Shown in pieces: positions 63,258 to 64,000 of a stretch of DNA of 64,000 nt. The DNA is taken from the NCBI GenBank assembly GCA_024679065.1, contig JAGIQG010000009.1, forward strand, positions 102,672,001 through 102,736,000, in the 5' to 3' direction. Origin of the DNA: Sphyrna mokarran. Taxonomy: Eukaryota. Both the position numbers and the translations under genes were made by a program. Positions within the stretch are counted from its first letter, which is position 1; every line of letters begins with the position of its first letter. The notes below the pieces were generated by a model. The model saw nothing but the letters and a program-made list of their open reading frames with translations, did no database searches and was not told the origin of the DNA.

Positions 63258-64000
63258 ATTCCCTATGGACAAGCCCTCCATATACATAGAATTTGCTCAG
63301 ATGAGGAGGATCGTGACAGAAACCTCCAGACACTGAAGGATGCCCTCGTGAGAACAGGATATGGCGCTCGACTCATCGATCGACAGTTCCGATGTGCCAC
63401 AGCGATAAACCGCACTGACCTCCTCAGAAGACGAACACAGGACACGGTGGACAGAGTACCCTTTGTTGTCCAGTACTTCCCCGGAGCGGAGAAGCTACGA
63501 CATCTTCTCCGGAGTCTTCAACATGTCATTGATGACGATGAACATCTCGCTAGGGCCATCCCCACCCCCCCACTTCTTGCTTTCAGACAACCGCACAACC
63601 TCAAACAGATCATTGTTCGCAGCAAACTACCCAACCTTCAGGAGAACAGTGACCACAATACCACACAACCCTGCCACAGCAACATCTGCAAGACATGCCG
63701 GATCATAGACATGGACGACATCATCAAATGTGAGGATAACATTTACCAGGTACACGGTACATACTCTTGCAACTCGGCCAATGTTGTCTACCTAATATGT
63801 TGCAAGAAAGGATGTCCCGAAGCATGGTACATTGGGGAGACCATGCAGACACTACGACAGCGGATGAATGAGCATCGCTCAACAATCACCAGGCAAAACA
63901 GTTCCCTTCCTGTGGGCGAACACTTCAGCAGTCATGGGCATTCGGCCTCTGACCTGCGGGTAAATGTTCTTCAAGGGGGCCTTCGTGACACACGACAGCG
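63258..64000 (+). mobile_element. Penelope-like element, RT C-terminus/linker + GIY-YIG, frame open to window end
   Basis: IPYGQALHIHRICSD..VPFVVQYFPG..PCHSNICKTC..NVVYLICCKKGCPEAWYIGET; no stop seen in about 247 codons; 5'-truncated. Confidence 0.93.

Noticed and set aside
1-64000. CRISPR arrays, rRNA or prokaryotic operons
   Set aside because: None seen; the sequence is eukaryotic with spliceosomal introns and retroposons.

Overview
Repeat-rich cartilaginous-fish (shark-like) genomic DNA; the organism is inferred from HE1/V-SINEs, SacSINE/Deu-type SINEs, CR1, Rex/Babar and Penelope elements. Most listed ORFs are spurious translations of repeats. Hidden among them on the + strand are two tandem paralogous, intron-containing Ig-superfamily genes. 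Gene A (11164-37027, leader exon uncertain) splices in frame to a disulfide-less IgV + IgC2 ectodomain (HEPACAM/CD2/SLAM/CEACAM-like), then five short phase-1 exons each with a hydrophobic segment, and a short basic cytoplasmic tail. This is a CD47-like Ig-plus-five-TM architecture with a two-domain ectodomain and a candidate long-range Cys pair. Gene B (47229-55778) has leader, an extra HEPACAM-like IgV, then the paralogous IgV and IgC2; its TM exons were not found in the window. Also present: five TSD-flanked Penelope-derived palindromic inserts, three of which carry intact or decayed minimal hammerhead-ribozyme motifs, a templated inverted-duplication scar, a tRNA-Cys pseudogene, a U2 snRNA fragment and a CR1 5'-half joined to a Penelope 3' end. 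Repeat boundaries are approximate; exon boundaries were read by hand.
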